From contig NC_092670.1 in NCBI RefSeq assembly GCF_964355755.1, positions 7,492,201 through 7,556,200 on the forward strand: a stretch of DNA of 64,000 bases, given 5' to 3'. Both the position numbers and the translations under genes were made by a program. Shown here piece after piece: positions 50,886 to 64,000 of the stretch. The DNA comes from Antedon mediterranea. Taxonomy: Eukaryota > Animalia > Echinodermata. How positions within the stretch are numbered: position 1 is the first letter of the stretch; each line of letters opens with the position of its first letter. The notes under the pieces were generated by a model. That model saw nothing but the letters and a program-made list of their open reading frames with translations, was not told where the DNA came from and made no database searches.

Positions 50886-52632
50886 CTCTGTAGTGTAAGG
50901 GTTATATCAGCAACACATCAGAGTTAGGGGATCACATAAGAGGAGATGTAAACTCGGAAATTATTTGGTTCAGCTTCAAGCGTGCACAGAATGGTTGTAC
51001 TTCTAGTGTGTGCAAACACAGCTTAAAGAAAAGAAGATGTAGCATGAAATTCAAAACTCTGTTGATTACTTTAGTAATTATAACCCATAATGTGTTTCTT
51101 GGCAAAACAAGAGCTTCTGCTGTTTAAATAACATAGCATTTCTTGTTTGAATTGGTTAGTGTAATTATTGTTGAACATGTAATATTAGTAGCAGTGATTT
51201 AGTACCGTCAGGCTCGCTGTTTTGCAGATTCAAGGGTGAACATTATTCTCCCTTTTTCCCAAGTTTTTAAAAATAAAAAAATACTGTTTTTGGAGGTTTA
51301 TTTATACAAAAATTTCATATGCTGTTCCATATTTAATCACAGTCCTAAAATACTGTACACGAATATATTATAGGCAAAAAACTCTGTATAATGAATGTTG
51401 TTTTTTATTGATAATAAGTTGTGAAATAGGAAGTTGTAGATTTCGTTATGAAATTTCATCAACAGTACAGTAGTGACAGGTGCTTAATCTTCAGTATAGA
51501 CAATTACATGAGTAGCAAGTGTAGTGAAGTGTAGCCAATGAATGAGCCTCTTGTTTGTTGTCAATTTTACCCATTCAACATGCACTGATGAGTGGTGGGA
51601 GTTGATAGTAATTTGCACTGTATGGCAAGAACTTTAGGCCATATTAAACTGAAGCAACAATATTGTATTTTCTTTCACCTAGATTGTATTATTTCCACCA
51701 TCAGCAGTTTTGTTTTCTTTGGCTGTTTAATCCTGCATATTTTCGTATTTTTAAATATTCTTGAATTCCGGATTTGTTTTTTATGGCAAATTATCTTAAA
51801 TAATTTAAAGCATTTTCCAGAAAAATAAATAGACCTTAGAATGAAATAACAACAAAATATGAGTTACAGTAAAGTGAATTTAATAAAATAGACAGAAATA
51901 AATTTAATTTATATTATATTACATTATTTTGTATATATTTACTGTACAAACTTTAGATAATATATAATATTATAGACAGAAATAATAATAATAATTATTA
52001 TTTTATTTATTTTTTATTCATTTTATTTTATATTATTATTATTATTATTATTTTGTATTATATATTTACTGTAGGTGTACTATAGGCCTACTGTGTACTA
52101 TACTGTGTACTATAGGCTTGTGTGTAAAATGATATTGTGTTTTGTGATTATTACTACACTAGCGAATTCAGTCAAGTTTAATTTATAGTACCTCAACAAG
52201 CCTAATCTAAGTTCCAGATGTTCCAGTAAGTTTATTAAAACAAAAACACTGTAGAGACAAAAGATTGTGATCAGTTTAAAACAAAAATAATTAATTTTAC
52301 TTACTGATGAAATATTCGTTTGAATTTATAAGGACAGCAAAATTCAAACGACCCATCAATAATGGGGGAAAAATATGTTTACAGTAGTTACCATTTACAC
52401 TCTAGGCCCTTTCTGTATACAGTACAACTACAGTATAAGGTAAAAATATGTTGGCGACACATTTTCCACAATGCACATCAGGATGCCATGTTTGGACAGC
52501 TCATAGTCTGTCCATCTGAAGTGTAAAGCTAGAAATGTACTTTAATCGAACCCTCTAAATGTATTTCACAAAAGTGATAGCATTTTGGGGTTTAAAATGT
52601 TCTAAATGTTATTTTATTCAAGTTTGAAATAC

Positions 52633-53118
52633 CAGTAGAACCTCCATTTTACGTACGGTACGAGACCGAAAGGCGTACGTAAAACAAAGGATTCGTAAAA
52701 TCAAGGTTGACCTTAAATTGACCCCAAATACGTAGAGATCGTAGCTGGCCGTGTTTGCCTTCTGTACATTACGCAGGTGGTCACTAGCTAGGCCTTGCCT
52801 AGACTATTCAGGCCAGGCTAGCAGGCCTAGCAAGATGTGAGGCCTAACTAGAAAAGTACAGTATATACAGGCTGTGCGATGTTTAAATAAAGTGTAAAAT
52901 ATAATTGTTTTCTATAAAAAAAAAACAGTCGCTGCTTTATGGGGAAAGCACGTGCGTAGAATTCCTCACACAGCCATGCTGCGCTTGTGGCTTTGTGTGC
53001 TTTGTTGTTGTTAAATTGCGCCCTCAATGTAAGAAAATGATGACGTCATCGGTTATTTTTAGCGTACGTAAAATCGAGGGAACGTAAAATCAGGGTACGT
53101 AAAACACAGGTTCTACTG
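52633..53118. mobile_element. Tc1/pogo (Tigger-like) MITE
   Basis: TIR CAGTAGAACCT..TTTTACGTAC / GTACGTAAAA..AGGTTCTACTG. TA on the right flank and TAC on the left. Repeated CGTAAAA subterminal motifs. Confidence 0.8.
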
Positions 53119-55689
53119 TAACTACCTTAATAGATACTAATCAAAGTCATAAAAAAAAAACAAATTGGCACTAATTGTCATTTTAATTTAACCTTGTTTA
53201 ATCTAAAACAACTCATTTGTTCTCCTCTACCAATTTCAAATCAAAAGTGATTTATGAAAATAAAGTAGCTTACAACATTTCTATTCAGTTTTCAAATTGG
53301 AAAAAGGCATGCTTTTTTGTGTGTGAATTAACTGTGCACTACTGCATCTGTACATCAAATGTGTGTTCACATTGACTTTTTTCACTAATATTCAATGTTG
53401 TACATAAATTGCTGTTTTGTACAGTACATTGTATACAATACAATATTTTACTACTGTTATACTATAATATCAAACTGCACTATATCATTTTTTTTTTCAA
53501 AAACAATGAAATACAATGAAGCTTTCATTTTGTTTTAATACTAATGATAGACTGCTATTGTTTTCAATTAAAACTGTTTATTCAAACAATAAAATGAATA
53601 TAGGCCTACAAACATAGGTTTTTTTTACAGTATAGAAAATGTGTTTGTACTGATGGTACACGTTGTTTTAATGTACAGTTTTATACTTACATAATAATAG
53701 TGTACTTTACAATTTTTATTTAAAGTATATGTTGGTTTTTATTTTCTGGATTTTACATTTGTTAGTCACTGAATCTCATTGCTACTAAACTACCGTACAA
53801 TATTAACTACAGTACTAGTCTACTCTACTATCAACATGGGTATACTGTCAAAAGTTAATACCAAATGTCATTTTAGTAATACTGTAAGAGCTGAAATTGT
53901 CAAATAAAAGATGACAATAACTAAAAATGTTTCATACATTTTTATTTTATTTATTTAGAAAAATATTTCAACATTTATCTGTCACCAATAATGCTGTTTT
54001 CAATGAAATTTGATTTTAAAAGAGAAAAGTAGTTCCGGTAGTGTAGTACAGATGGACACTAGTGACTTGAACTGATGAAAAATCTATGTCAAAAGTCATA
54101 GTATCACTGAAATTACTTGATGTTTTGGTCTTGCATGCTTTTCATAATTTGAAATGCAATAAGCAGATGAATTATTCAGCATCTCATGTTCCTCTGATAA
54201 GTAATCAGAGAGTGAGCTAAGAAAGGTCATATCATTGGTAGTTACCAAAGGTAATAGCTATTGCACACACAGCCTACAAGCCTCACTAAATTAGTTTTTT
54301 GATGAGGAATCCTCCATTATCTATATGGGGAGAATATATAATATTTTTTTTATAAAACTCTCAAGTTGTTTCAAAATAAAACAAAAATTAATTATGGTGA
54401 ATAAATCAACTTGGTTTAAATGACCGTAATGCGTTTTAGTAATCATCATTATCACTTTTAATATTACAAAATAGATTATGGTAATATCTGTGCGTACAAA
54501 TTGAATAAATTTAAAGAGGAATTTCTACAAAACATGTTGGCAAAAGCCTGAAAAATTCATATTTATTATGATCAATACATAGATGAATATTAATTTTTTG
54601 ACAGCTGGTTTAAGATTGATATATTCATGTGATATTTTATAAATACTGAATCATGATAAATATTATAAACTGTGACAAATTATTAAAAATAATTTTTTTT
54701 ACAAAAATACCATCTACTGTAGGCCTACAGCATACATTATATCTGTAAAATATAAATCGTGTGGTACAGGTATGTGAATTTTTACAGGAATAAAAAGTGA
54801 GAGAAGTTTAGAGGTGAAAACAAACGGAGAAATGTGCCCAGCATTTCATTTTTCATAATTTTTTTTTTTTTGTGAGGGGTTTAATTCTAGGTATTAGATA
54901 TTTTTTTACAATATTTCATCATATTTTGCCTTCAGTTATAAGAACAGTTATTAGGCCTAACTTTGTTTTCTATGTTAAAGGGTATACAATATAAGATTTT
55001 CAAGTTTATATAAATTAATATTTTCCTGATGTAATTATTTTTTTATTTATACAGTACAGTATACTTATTTCTTAAGAAAATTGCCTCAAATTTACATAAA
55101 TGACATTAAATTTTGCTTAATGGTGCTCATTCTGCTTTATAAAAAATAAGTGGGGATTATCAATATATCGTATTGTATAGACAAGACATTTTTAAATCCG
55201 TTTTGCATTAATCCAGTCTTAATCATACAAAACCCATTGTGGGATTTATCAATATTCTTAATTTGTTTTTTTAATTCAGTGATTTCTGTTGTATAGGTTC
55301 TGTTTTACCCATACTAAATGGTCCATGCATTATATGAATGGCTACTTCACCTGAAGTATAATATAGTAGGCAATTATAGTAAATTGCTTGTATTGTCCCT
55401 GAGGGAGATAGGATTGATACTTGCATTAAATGATTCTAGCATTGGTGAGGTAGGGGTAATGGATACCAATATTAATATATTAATGTATTGTTCCTGAGGG
55501 ATTGAGACAGGAAACCACCATCTCTTATACAAACTAATGATACCTACAGTAGTATACATTAATGCAATCATTAGGTTTTTAAAATGGCCTACAGTACTAC
55601 ATATAATTGTATCTACACAAAAAGGTAAAGATGTATTTTTTTTTTAAATCATAAAAAAAAACTTATTATATTGATGAAACAAGAAATAA

Positions 55690-55810
55690 AGTGGTGGATG
55701 GTTGTCACAATAAAAGGGATAAAACTCTGTTCAAGCCACTGGGTTGTCAAAAGCCTGTGTGAAAGGATGATCAGGTTGAAACCTGTGATAGAGATGGCTC
55801 TTGACACCTG
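55690..55810. mobile_element. Degenerate hAT-type MITE copy
   Basis: TGGTTGTC..AAAAGGGA..CACTGGGTTGTCAAA.GC..TGTGAAA..TCAGGTTGAAACCT is shared with 60248-60333. Confidence 0.55.
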
Positions 55811-58112
55811 CATTGACTCCGCATAGAAAATTCTTTATCTTTGTGAGTTTTTTTTTAAAGTAATTGGGATCGACGGTGAAAAATGAAAAACTTGTGATAT
55901 TTTAATTCTCGGAGTATTATCTAATATATTTCACAAAAGATGACTTTCCATTTAATTTTATAATATATAGGCATAACAAGGTTTAGGCCGCCATGTACTC
56001 ATGACCTGTTGAACTTCAGTTGATGCAACATGTTTGTGAAAGCATTTAAAATCAGAGAAAGAAGGATGAAATTTTATCGAATCCTGTACCAATACGAAAT
56101 TTGTATACAAGTAAAAGGGGTAGTGTTTACTCGGGGTACACAAGTACAAGACTCTCTCATATTCTCCTTTTCCATCTGGATCTTGAAAAGAAGCATCAGG
56201 CAAAAGGAGGTTAATTCAAATCCACAAACCCAGTAGGCCCTAGCCCTAATATGGTTTTTATCATTTGTTAAACAAGTTGTGCCAAGAAAATTAGTGCTTA
56301 GACCTTTATTTAAAAGGAGTACAATTGTGCTGGCACTCCTCCGTGCACCTAAAAACGATTTGAGGAGAACAAAAAATACTGCTCCTAAATTTTTCCAGAT
56401 ATCGACTAATAGGACATTTAACCTTCATTACATTAATGTTTTGTTGTGATTAATGTATTAATCTGATGTTAGAATATAAATGAATAAATTCATTTAATAT
56501 TGAAGATAGAATGAAGATTGATTGAGGTAGTGAACTTTCATCTTCAAGATTTGTCTAGTAACTTCTTATGCAAATGTGCTTGAACTTTTCACCAACAGAC
56601 TTTAATACCTTTGCAATTTGTCATCCACACTAATTCTTTCGATTTGTAATTTAAATCCAATAGACTACCGGAAATGATAGAAACAAAAAAGCGCTGATTT
56701 ATTGAGATCTCTGTTGTGTGCTGATCCAGGGGTAGACATCAATTATTGCATTGGCGGTGAGGGGGGTGGGGGGATGTGGGGTGGTATAGGTACAGGTAAA
56801 TTAGGAGGGCTGCTTAAATTAGAATATAACTTAATACTGTATACTGTTAAAATGAAAAATTTAAATAAAAAAATAAATAAAACACAATTACTGTACAAAG
56901 ATACAGTTATAGAACTTTGTGATTGTTTTACTTTTTGACAAATATGATATACAGGTATGTGAACTGTACAGTACAAAATCAATTGTGTTAAAATGTTCAT
57001 TATAATACATTTGTATAGAATTGTGCAAACCCAGGAATATGAATTCAGTTTTTTAAATAGAAACTTTTTTTATAATTCTTGAAGGATCTCAGACCAGTTT
57101 TAAAAATTATGAAAAATTAGCTATGTGAGAAAAAAAATCAAATCAAATTCTTGAAAGTTAATATTTTCTGTTTTATAAACATCCACATTAACAGACTTAA
57201 ATCACTATAAGACTGCACAGCATATAATATCACTTTGAATTATAATTACTGTGAATGAATTTGATATGCTAAATGAAATCTAGAATGCTTTTGCGCATGC
57301 AATTACATTAGAACAACCCCTTGTAGTAGAATGGAATAGTCTGGAGTGTATAAAGGGCAGAAAGTGATTTGAGTAGCTGGGCCTATCTTGTTTCATCATT
57401 TAGCAGTCAGGTTCACTAATGCAGACAGGTACATTGATGGGTTCTGCTGTCAATCAAGTAATTACTAAAGATGTATGTTCGACATGGTTACATTCTAAAA
57501 GAGGACTGATGCAGGAACAATATTCATGAATATGGCCTTTACAAAAGCACTAATGGGGGCTGAGGCTAATTACACCATGACTTCTTGATATCAAAGGAAG
57601 TTGTGCATTCTCTTAGATTTGAAAGCAGTTTACTTAATGCATGTTGATTTGCAACAGATTTCCTTTCAGAGTTTCGTGCATCAGTGAATACTTGAAATTT
57701 TAGAAAAATACAATAAAATGTTAATTACTTTGCAAAGTCTGTGTGGGTGGACAAAATACAGAATGTTATACAAATATTTAAAACATAAATCTGTAAAATT
57801 CTACAGACAGACAGTAACAATTATATATGAACATTTAAAGTTGATGAAGTGATTTAATTGGTTAGTGAAATATTTGTTTTCTATAGAGTAAATAGAGAAA
57901 ACATACTTATGACGTCTTTTTTATTTGTAACACATTGAATTGAATAATTGTTATGTGAATAATGAAACTGAATTGCTTCACAGAAACAATTGTCTTCTTC
58001 TATCGTGTTGTTGAAATTCTAAAGGACTCACAATTTCTGAGTCAACATGATGAAATCATCATAAAGAAACATAAAGATAATTGTATGAGCATGAACATAT
58101 TTGGAAGAACTA

Positions 58113-58438
58113 TGTTTTGTTTTGTTTGTTTGTTTTATCTTTATACTGGGTGACCTCTTCAGTCAAAGACTGATCTCCCAGAGGGCCCAGTTGGTGATCA
58201 GTGGATGTGATGTACTAATACACCGGGGTAACCCCCTACTCGTCTCGAAAGATGTACTAGCTAGGTTCTTTAAAGTGCACACGAGCAAGTTGTGTACACT
58301 GGACCTACGGTTTATAGTCCTTATCCAAGAAGACTCGTTCTACCACCAGAACCATGGAGTGAGTGAGCCTCGAACCCCTGCCGATGTTATGGCTACGTGA
58401 TTATGGTTCCACTGTCTTAACTGCTCGGCCACTCACTC
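58113..58438 (-). mobile_element. Full-length tRNA-derived SINE with a Nin/Deu central domain
   Basis: Minus strand: head GAGTGAGTGGCCGAGCAGTTAAGACAG..GGGGTTCGAGGCTCAC, central GGATAAGGACTATAAACCGTAGGTCC..GCACTTTAAAGAACC..TTCGAGACGAGTAGGGG, and a (CAAA)n tail. Confidence 0.85.
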
Positions 58439-60225
58439 ACTTCACTTATGAAGAAGAACATGGGTCACTAAACTGTTGTTCGGTGTTAAAATAATGGGTT
58501 TTTAAATTTTAGAATAGTCAAAACAAATTTATTTTGTGTTTTTATTTAATGTTTTTAAATTATCATATATTTGTGTATCCAGTACAGGGTGATTCTCCAT
58601 TAAATATACATTCCCAACAATTTTGTACTGTACTACAGTACTACTGTATAGCCTAGGTCTAGTACATACAGTACCATATTTGGTCAATGTGTTGGACTCC
58701 TTGTGTAGCCTAGCTACTGTATAGTACTGTATGTGGTGAATATTAAATAAAACACTGTCATGTTGCATAAATATCATCACCATTATACGACCTGATTTAT
58801 GCATTCATGGCCACTATACTGAATTACAAAATGTATCTGGTTGCGTTTTCGAATCAATCTATGTTGTGTTTGAAGCTGTTTCTACATTTTAATGCCCAAT
58901 AACTTTATTAAAATATATTTTAAAATATATAATTTTATACCATCTGCATTTTTGAAAAATATTTCGTCTCAAAAAGGCATTTAAACATAATTAGTGGTCC
59001 TCAACAAAAGATGCAACATTACCAAAAATGCAATGCACTCATGATAATCAAAGTCCTAGATGCTATGGTAGTTGACCCAACCAGCTCATGAACGATGGTT
59101 ATGAACTGCGTCCACATGCACCTAATCTAAAGGTTGATATTGCTTGATACAGTAATACACATTGTGTAAACTACTCCATTGAGAATTATGGGTCCTGTTT
59201 CCACTGCAAAAAAATAACTGTGTGAATAAGTTACCCCCAATTTTAAACAGGTTATTGTTCTTGTTGCAACGCAAAATCACAATCATTTCATTGACCGCCA
59301 TTGAACTTGAGTCAACTACTTAGGCGTTATGACCGCCTCAGTTCATTGCATTTTGAGTACTGTATGTTAACATTTTTCGTCAATTACCACCCACTGATTT
59401 AAACAGACCAATTCATACAGCATTACAAATAGATTGTAATTCCATCTTTTATTTCTTGATTTCATTTACCAAAAGTATTCTTTTAATAATAAAAATGATA
59501 GAAAAGTTGGTAGTTGAGTTTCACAATTGGAAAATGTATTCTGGCTGTTAACAATTTGTTGATTGATTTTCGCCATAGGTAGTTGCATGTTCTCGCTGTT
59601 CACTTCTGTAACTGCATTGACGTATAATTTGCTTAAACATTTGTGGTGATATAGTACTATCACATTTGATTTAAATGATAGTAAATTGTCAGTTGGTATT
59701 AATCAATCTTACTAACGGCAGACAGTAAATGTGCAATTTATTCAAAGAATCTGCATTTCGACAACATGGATTAAATTTAACATTAGGAATGTCTTGGTTG
59801 CCTGTCCTGCTATCGTCACTGCTTTTAATATTATATTGCTTTCGATATACTGTAATACATTTTGGCTACATGTAATATATGAATATTAAATTACCCCACC
59901 AGCGCCCAACTCAAATGTCAATTTAGGTAGTTTTAAATCTTCCCAGTAGTACAAATTCTTACAGGTTTTTACCATTCTGATTCTATCCTAATTGCGCATT
60001 GAAAGAGAAAATGTAGGAGGATTTTATATTCATAGTAAATATTTATATTCAAAGTAAAATATGATTACATTTCAATCACATGGCCTACATAACGCAGCAA
60101 TAGGCCCCTAGTCCTTGTCTATGTTATCATCCTAAAACAACTTATGTGTCTTGTATGTGAGAAGGACTTCTTTGTACATACGGTACTGTATGTTATAATG
60201 TATGATGCTAAATGCCAGGTGTCTT

Positions 60226-60362
60226 TAGTGATGTAGCCACATGATTGTGGTTGTCGAAAGAAAAGGGAACAATCTATGTCAGCGTCACTGGGTTGTCAAA
60301 GGCTCTGTGAAAAAGGTGGTCAGGTTGAAACCTTACCAACCCTACTGCTGGCTACGGCCCTG
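60226..60362. mobile_element. Degenerate hAT-type MITE copy
   Basis: Right end CTGGCTACGGCCCTG, decayed left end TAGTGATGTAGCCAC, internal GTGGTCAGGTTGAAACC. Confidence 0.6.
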
Positions 60363-61731
60363 GTAGTAGCATGAAATACTGTAGTAATAGTCTGATTAAC
60401 ATTCCACATCATACTGTACAACCTCCATCCATTCTCCCTCTTCCCCAAAGGCACACCTTGTTAAAAATATGGATTAATTATTATTATTATTATTATTATA
60501 GTGTATGTTGGCAAAACATTTTCAGAATGTTACCTTTTATGTTATGTTTATGTCATATTTTTAATTATGTCACCAAATTATTCATACAATACAATAATTC
60601 CAGATTTATAGTGTCACATTAATAATATTATATTATACTTTTTTTATCATAAACATTTTCTTTGCATATCCTACAGTTTATATAAGAACCTGGTTAAAAA
60701 TGCACCTCTTCAAATACGGTAAGTGGTATCCTACCTCAAAATTAAAAACAAACATTTACATGTGTTTTTTTCTCATTTTGAAAATATTTCTAGTATTTGA
60801 TTTTAATATTCATAGCTCAGATATGATACTAAATTGAACTATATATTAGGAGTATTGTTTGCATAGCACTTTTAATCAGCATTCTACTGTAGATAGGGTT
60901 TTAGTGTTAAGACATTTTTTTATGTGTTTGGTAGTACTACTACTACTACTATTACTATATAGCATTTAGTGCGCTCAAAATCTGAGGGTGTGCCCAAAAA
61001 GCTAAAATTAGCTTGGGTGACATTTATAATTTCATATTTAAAAAAAAACTATTACTATATTATACGTACTAGATTTTGCAATTTTTAGGTAATAAAAGTG
61101 TTACTGAGCTGTATAGTAAATAGAGAGTCTTTTCACAGAATCTGTGTTGTTTGCTGATGCAATTTCAGACTATAGTATATAATACAAATAAAGAATGTTT
61201 TTATTGGATGGTACAAATAATTTCATGAGGTGAAAATATAATAAATTTTCATCTTTCACAGAATGAAATTAATTGTTCCATTGCACGAATAAATGACATT
61301 CGTTTTATGTTTTACTACACACAAACTTTTAGCGTGCGGCTAGACCAAGGCATAAACTATTCAAAAACTCCAATTTTGGACATAGAGTAGACCAATACAG
61401 ACATTAAAATACAGATTTAGCGAACATGATCAGTCAACAGCCTCTTGTTGCGCATGTGGTTTCTCACTGTGAAACAAAAATGAACACACAAAACAAAATT
61501 GAGTACTTGCGCACATAAAATAACATTTCAATCTCGATGACATTAATAAGAGTGCAGTAGAACATTTATTTAATATCATGTGACTCACAATGATGAATCT
61601 TCCACTCAAATGACAAGAATCTACTTAGGAGTGTTATAATACTTGTTATCAGATTTTCCACTGCTGTCCACCAACTAATCTATACATTGTACATTGTTTC
61701 TTAACAAAATAAAATTGTTTGTATTTTGCAG

Positions 61732-61889
61732 AGTGGAGCGGCAATACTAATGGACTAGATAACGACAAGGAAATGGACAGAAAGTCATCCAATCATCACC
61801 ATTCACCGCCGACAGAAATAGGTGCTGCTACTGCTACCACCCCATCAATCAATGTTCATCATGCTAATACTGGCACATCAGTAACTCCG
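61732..61889 (+). CDS. Probable coding exon of an unidentified long-intron gene continuing beyond the window
   Basis: Acceptor TTGTTTGTATTTTGCAG, donor CCG|GTTAGT, GC higher than the flanks. Open reading (E)WSGNTNGLDNDKEMDRKSSNHHHSPPTEIGAATATTPSINVHHANTGTSVTP, a low-complexity N-terminal-type sequence with no recognisable domain. Confidence 0.55.
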
Positions 61890-64000
61890 GTTAGTTTCTT
61901 GTTGTTTATGCCACATCTCAGATTCACTCCTCACACCAAACCCTCCACTCCTAGTGGCAGATCCAAGATGCTGATGTAGTTGTGGCCGAAAGTGTAAAGA
62001 ATGTAAAATAAAGTTCGGATCTTATTTGATATGTCCTATGTGGTTGTTAAAACTTTGAATCGATTGCTGTTTTCCTACGTAATTGAAGATTTTGCGGAAA
62101 GGTTCCCAATCGCGAAAAATTAAACTACCTTGTAAATAATGGCATATACAGTATTACAATAATATACAATTTAAACGATTGTGTAATTACTCTATTTAAA
62201 CACCAATTGTTTTTGGTTTCATCCTATTGTCACCATCAAACACAAGGAGACAGATTTGTGGTTGTAAGCAGGAACACTAGTTGGCCAATACCTATCTACC
62301 ATTATCATTTTTTATCTTTCAAAAGATGTATATTTGTATTATTTAAGCCATTTCTGATCATCAGACATATAGAAAGATAACACGAGACGTGACCTATTTT
62401 CACAAGTTTATCATAGATGAATCAATTGATAAAATGGAATTACAAACTTGCAACTTCTAATTACAATACATTTACATCATTTCAAATTTATTCTATAACT
62501 CTATTCGGGTACTTAGACAAAATATCTGCCGCTAAAGAACTATACATGTATCAAGATCAAAGATAAGGTATCCGTCAATTACTTAATCGCATTATGTAAA
62601 TTAGCATGTTTCTGTAATACGTCCTGAAGCAGTTAAAAAATTTAGATGAGCGGAAGTAAAACACATTAAACAGTGTAAATTATTGAGCATATTTCTAACT
62701 TAAATTGTCAAGTAAAGAGAGGTTTTTATGCATTGAATGTGTGCTATGTCATAATTGAAATGTGCATAGTGAAAGGATACGTTGGTAGACGTGTGCGATG
62801 CATAATGGAACATGCTGAAATGACGATGCTGTTTCCTTTGACGTAACTAGGCTACAAATTTGATGAAATAAGTCAGCTCTAGCAATTACTGTCTCTTAAA
62901 TTGTAAAGAACAGTTTTTTAAGTTAAAATTGGCATGTATTCTGAGATTTAAAAACAACAAACTAGTTGATACCTTTCAAAAAAATTGTTATGTTGCCCTG
63001 GCTGAAATTTTTTTTCTAATGCAGAAATCATGAATAATGCATAAGATTAATTATTAATTAATAATAATTACAAGATAGGATGATACTTCCTAATAATTGA
63101 ACCAAATCTTCTAAATTATCTGTCTCAACTAAATAAAACAAAACATTGAAGATGATAGGTTTCGAACCTGCAAGTGCTTCAGATCCACAATCAATTAGTA
63201 TTCTATACCCTATGTACAGAATGCTAAACAAATGAACACACAGGATGCAAAATATGTAACAAAAATAACTTGTGTTATTTGTGGTATTGTGTAAAGCAAA
63301 GAATATTAGGTGTATACATTACAGCTGATAAAATCAAACTTAAGAAACCAATTGAATTGTAACAATAACTTAAAGCAACCAAAAAAAAAAAAACATTTAC
63401 TGAAAGTACTGTAAGAGTAAAAAAGATAAAAATCAATTATAAGCAATGCATCAAGTTTAATTTATTACACATATAAATTTTAATACATTTGTTTTTATGA
63501 GATAATACATTTAAATAGAATTTATTATCCGTGCAATAAAGCTTATCAATTAAATTATTCATTGTGTTCTTAAAAGAGAAAATTATTGCTCAATGGTACA
63601 GATGCTTTCTTTTATCAGTTTAAATGCCAACATAGTGTGTTACTGAATTGTCCAGATGACATATTAAAATGCGATAATTTAATTCAATAAAATGTCATGA
63701 TATCTACAGCACTGAATAAGAATATCTTGTTTATACATAACGCATGCATAATGGTCCTCAGTTTTTGACCCAACTTATTTAAGCTCTTTGAAGATCTATG
63801 GCAATATTGCTTTGATCAGCACACTGATAGATGATACCATATGTTTTCCAAAAGAGCACCATTGAGGATTTTCATTTAAACTTCCAACATCACAGACAAC
63901 AAACTTAAGCAGTTTGGTCTAGACTTCTATAAGTATAGGTACATAATAGCTTTATTCATTAAAGTTGGTACTTGACACAGTAGTCGCACTGTAACTTGTG

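Noticed and set aside
55697-60333. Repeated CACTGGGTTGTCAAA..CAGGTTGAAACC motif as a duplicated enhancer or ncRNA
   Set aside because: The copy at 60226-60362 ends in a hAT-type TIR and a third inverted copy at 49090-49212 has both ends, so it is a MITE family.
63157-63195. B-box-like GGTTCGAAACC on the minus strand
   Set aside because: No cloverleaf or A box; at most a SINE scrap.

Overview
AT-rich eukaryotic (animal) genomic DNA with GT-AG spliced genes. The Nin/Deu-domain SINEs and TAGGCCTA-rich gene 5' ends suggest a marine invertebrate deuterostome, probably an echinoderm (inference). Left to right the window holds: (1) an intronless orphan class A GPCR on the minus strand (1461-2390); (2) an 8-coding-exon kelch-repeat gene on the plus strand (about 7605-14412) whose sixth propeller blade is split by a ~310-aa insertion; (3) a complete 24-exon VPS41 gene on the minus strand (18406-42885, 872 aa by manual splicing); (4) the 5' part of a divergently transcribed long-intron gene (probable exons near 43646, 45601 and 61732-61889), possibly POU6 by synteny but unproven. 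Introns and intergenic DNA are full of transposon debris: a 2.1-kb foldback element with 8-bp TSD, a 1.6-kb hAT element, an RTE LINE fragment, several SINEs and MITEs, and tandem repeats. No CRISPR, rRNA or genuine tRNA genes were seen. I found no clear-cut novel system. The best leads are the split-blade kelch protein, the modular foldback transposon family and the possible VPS41-POU6 head-to-head pair.
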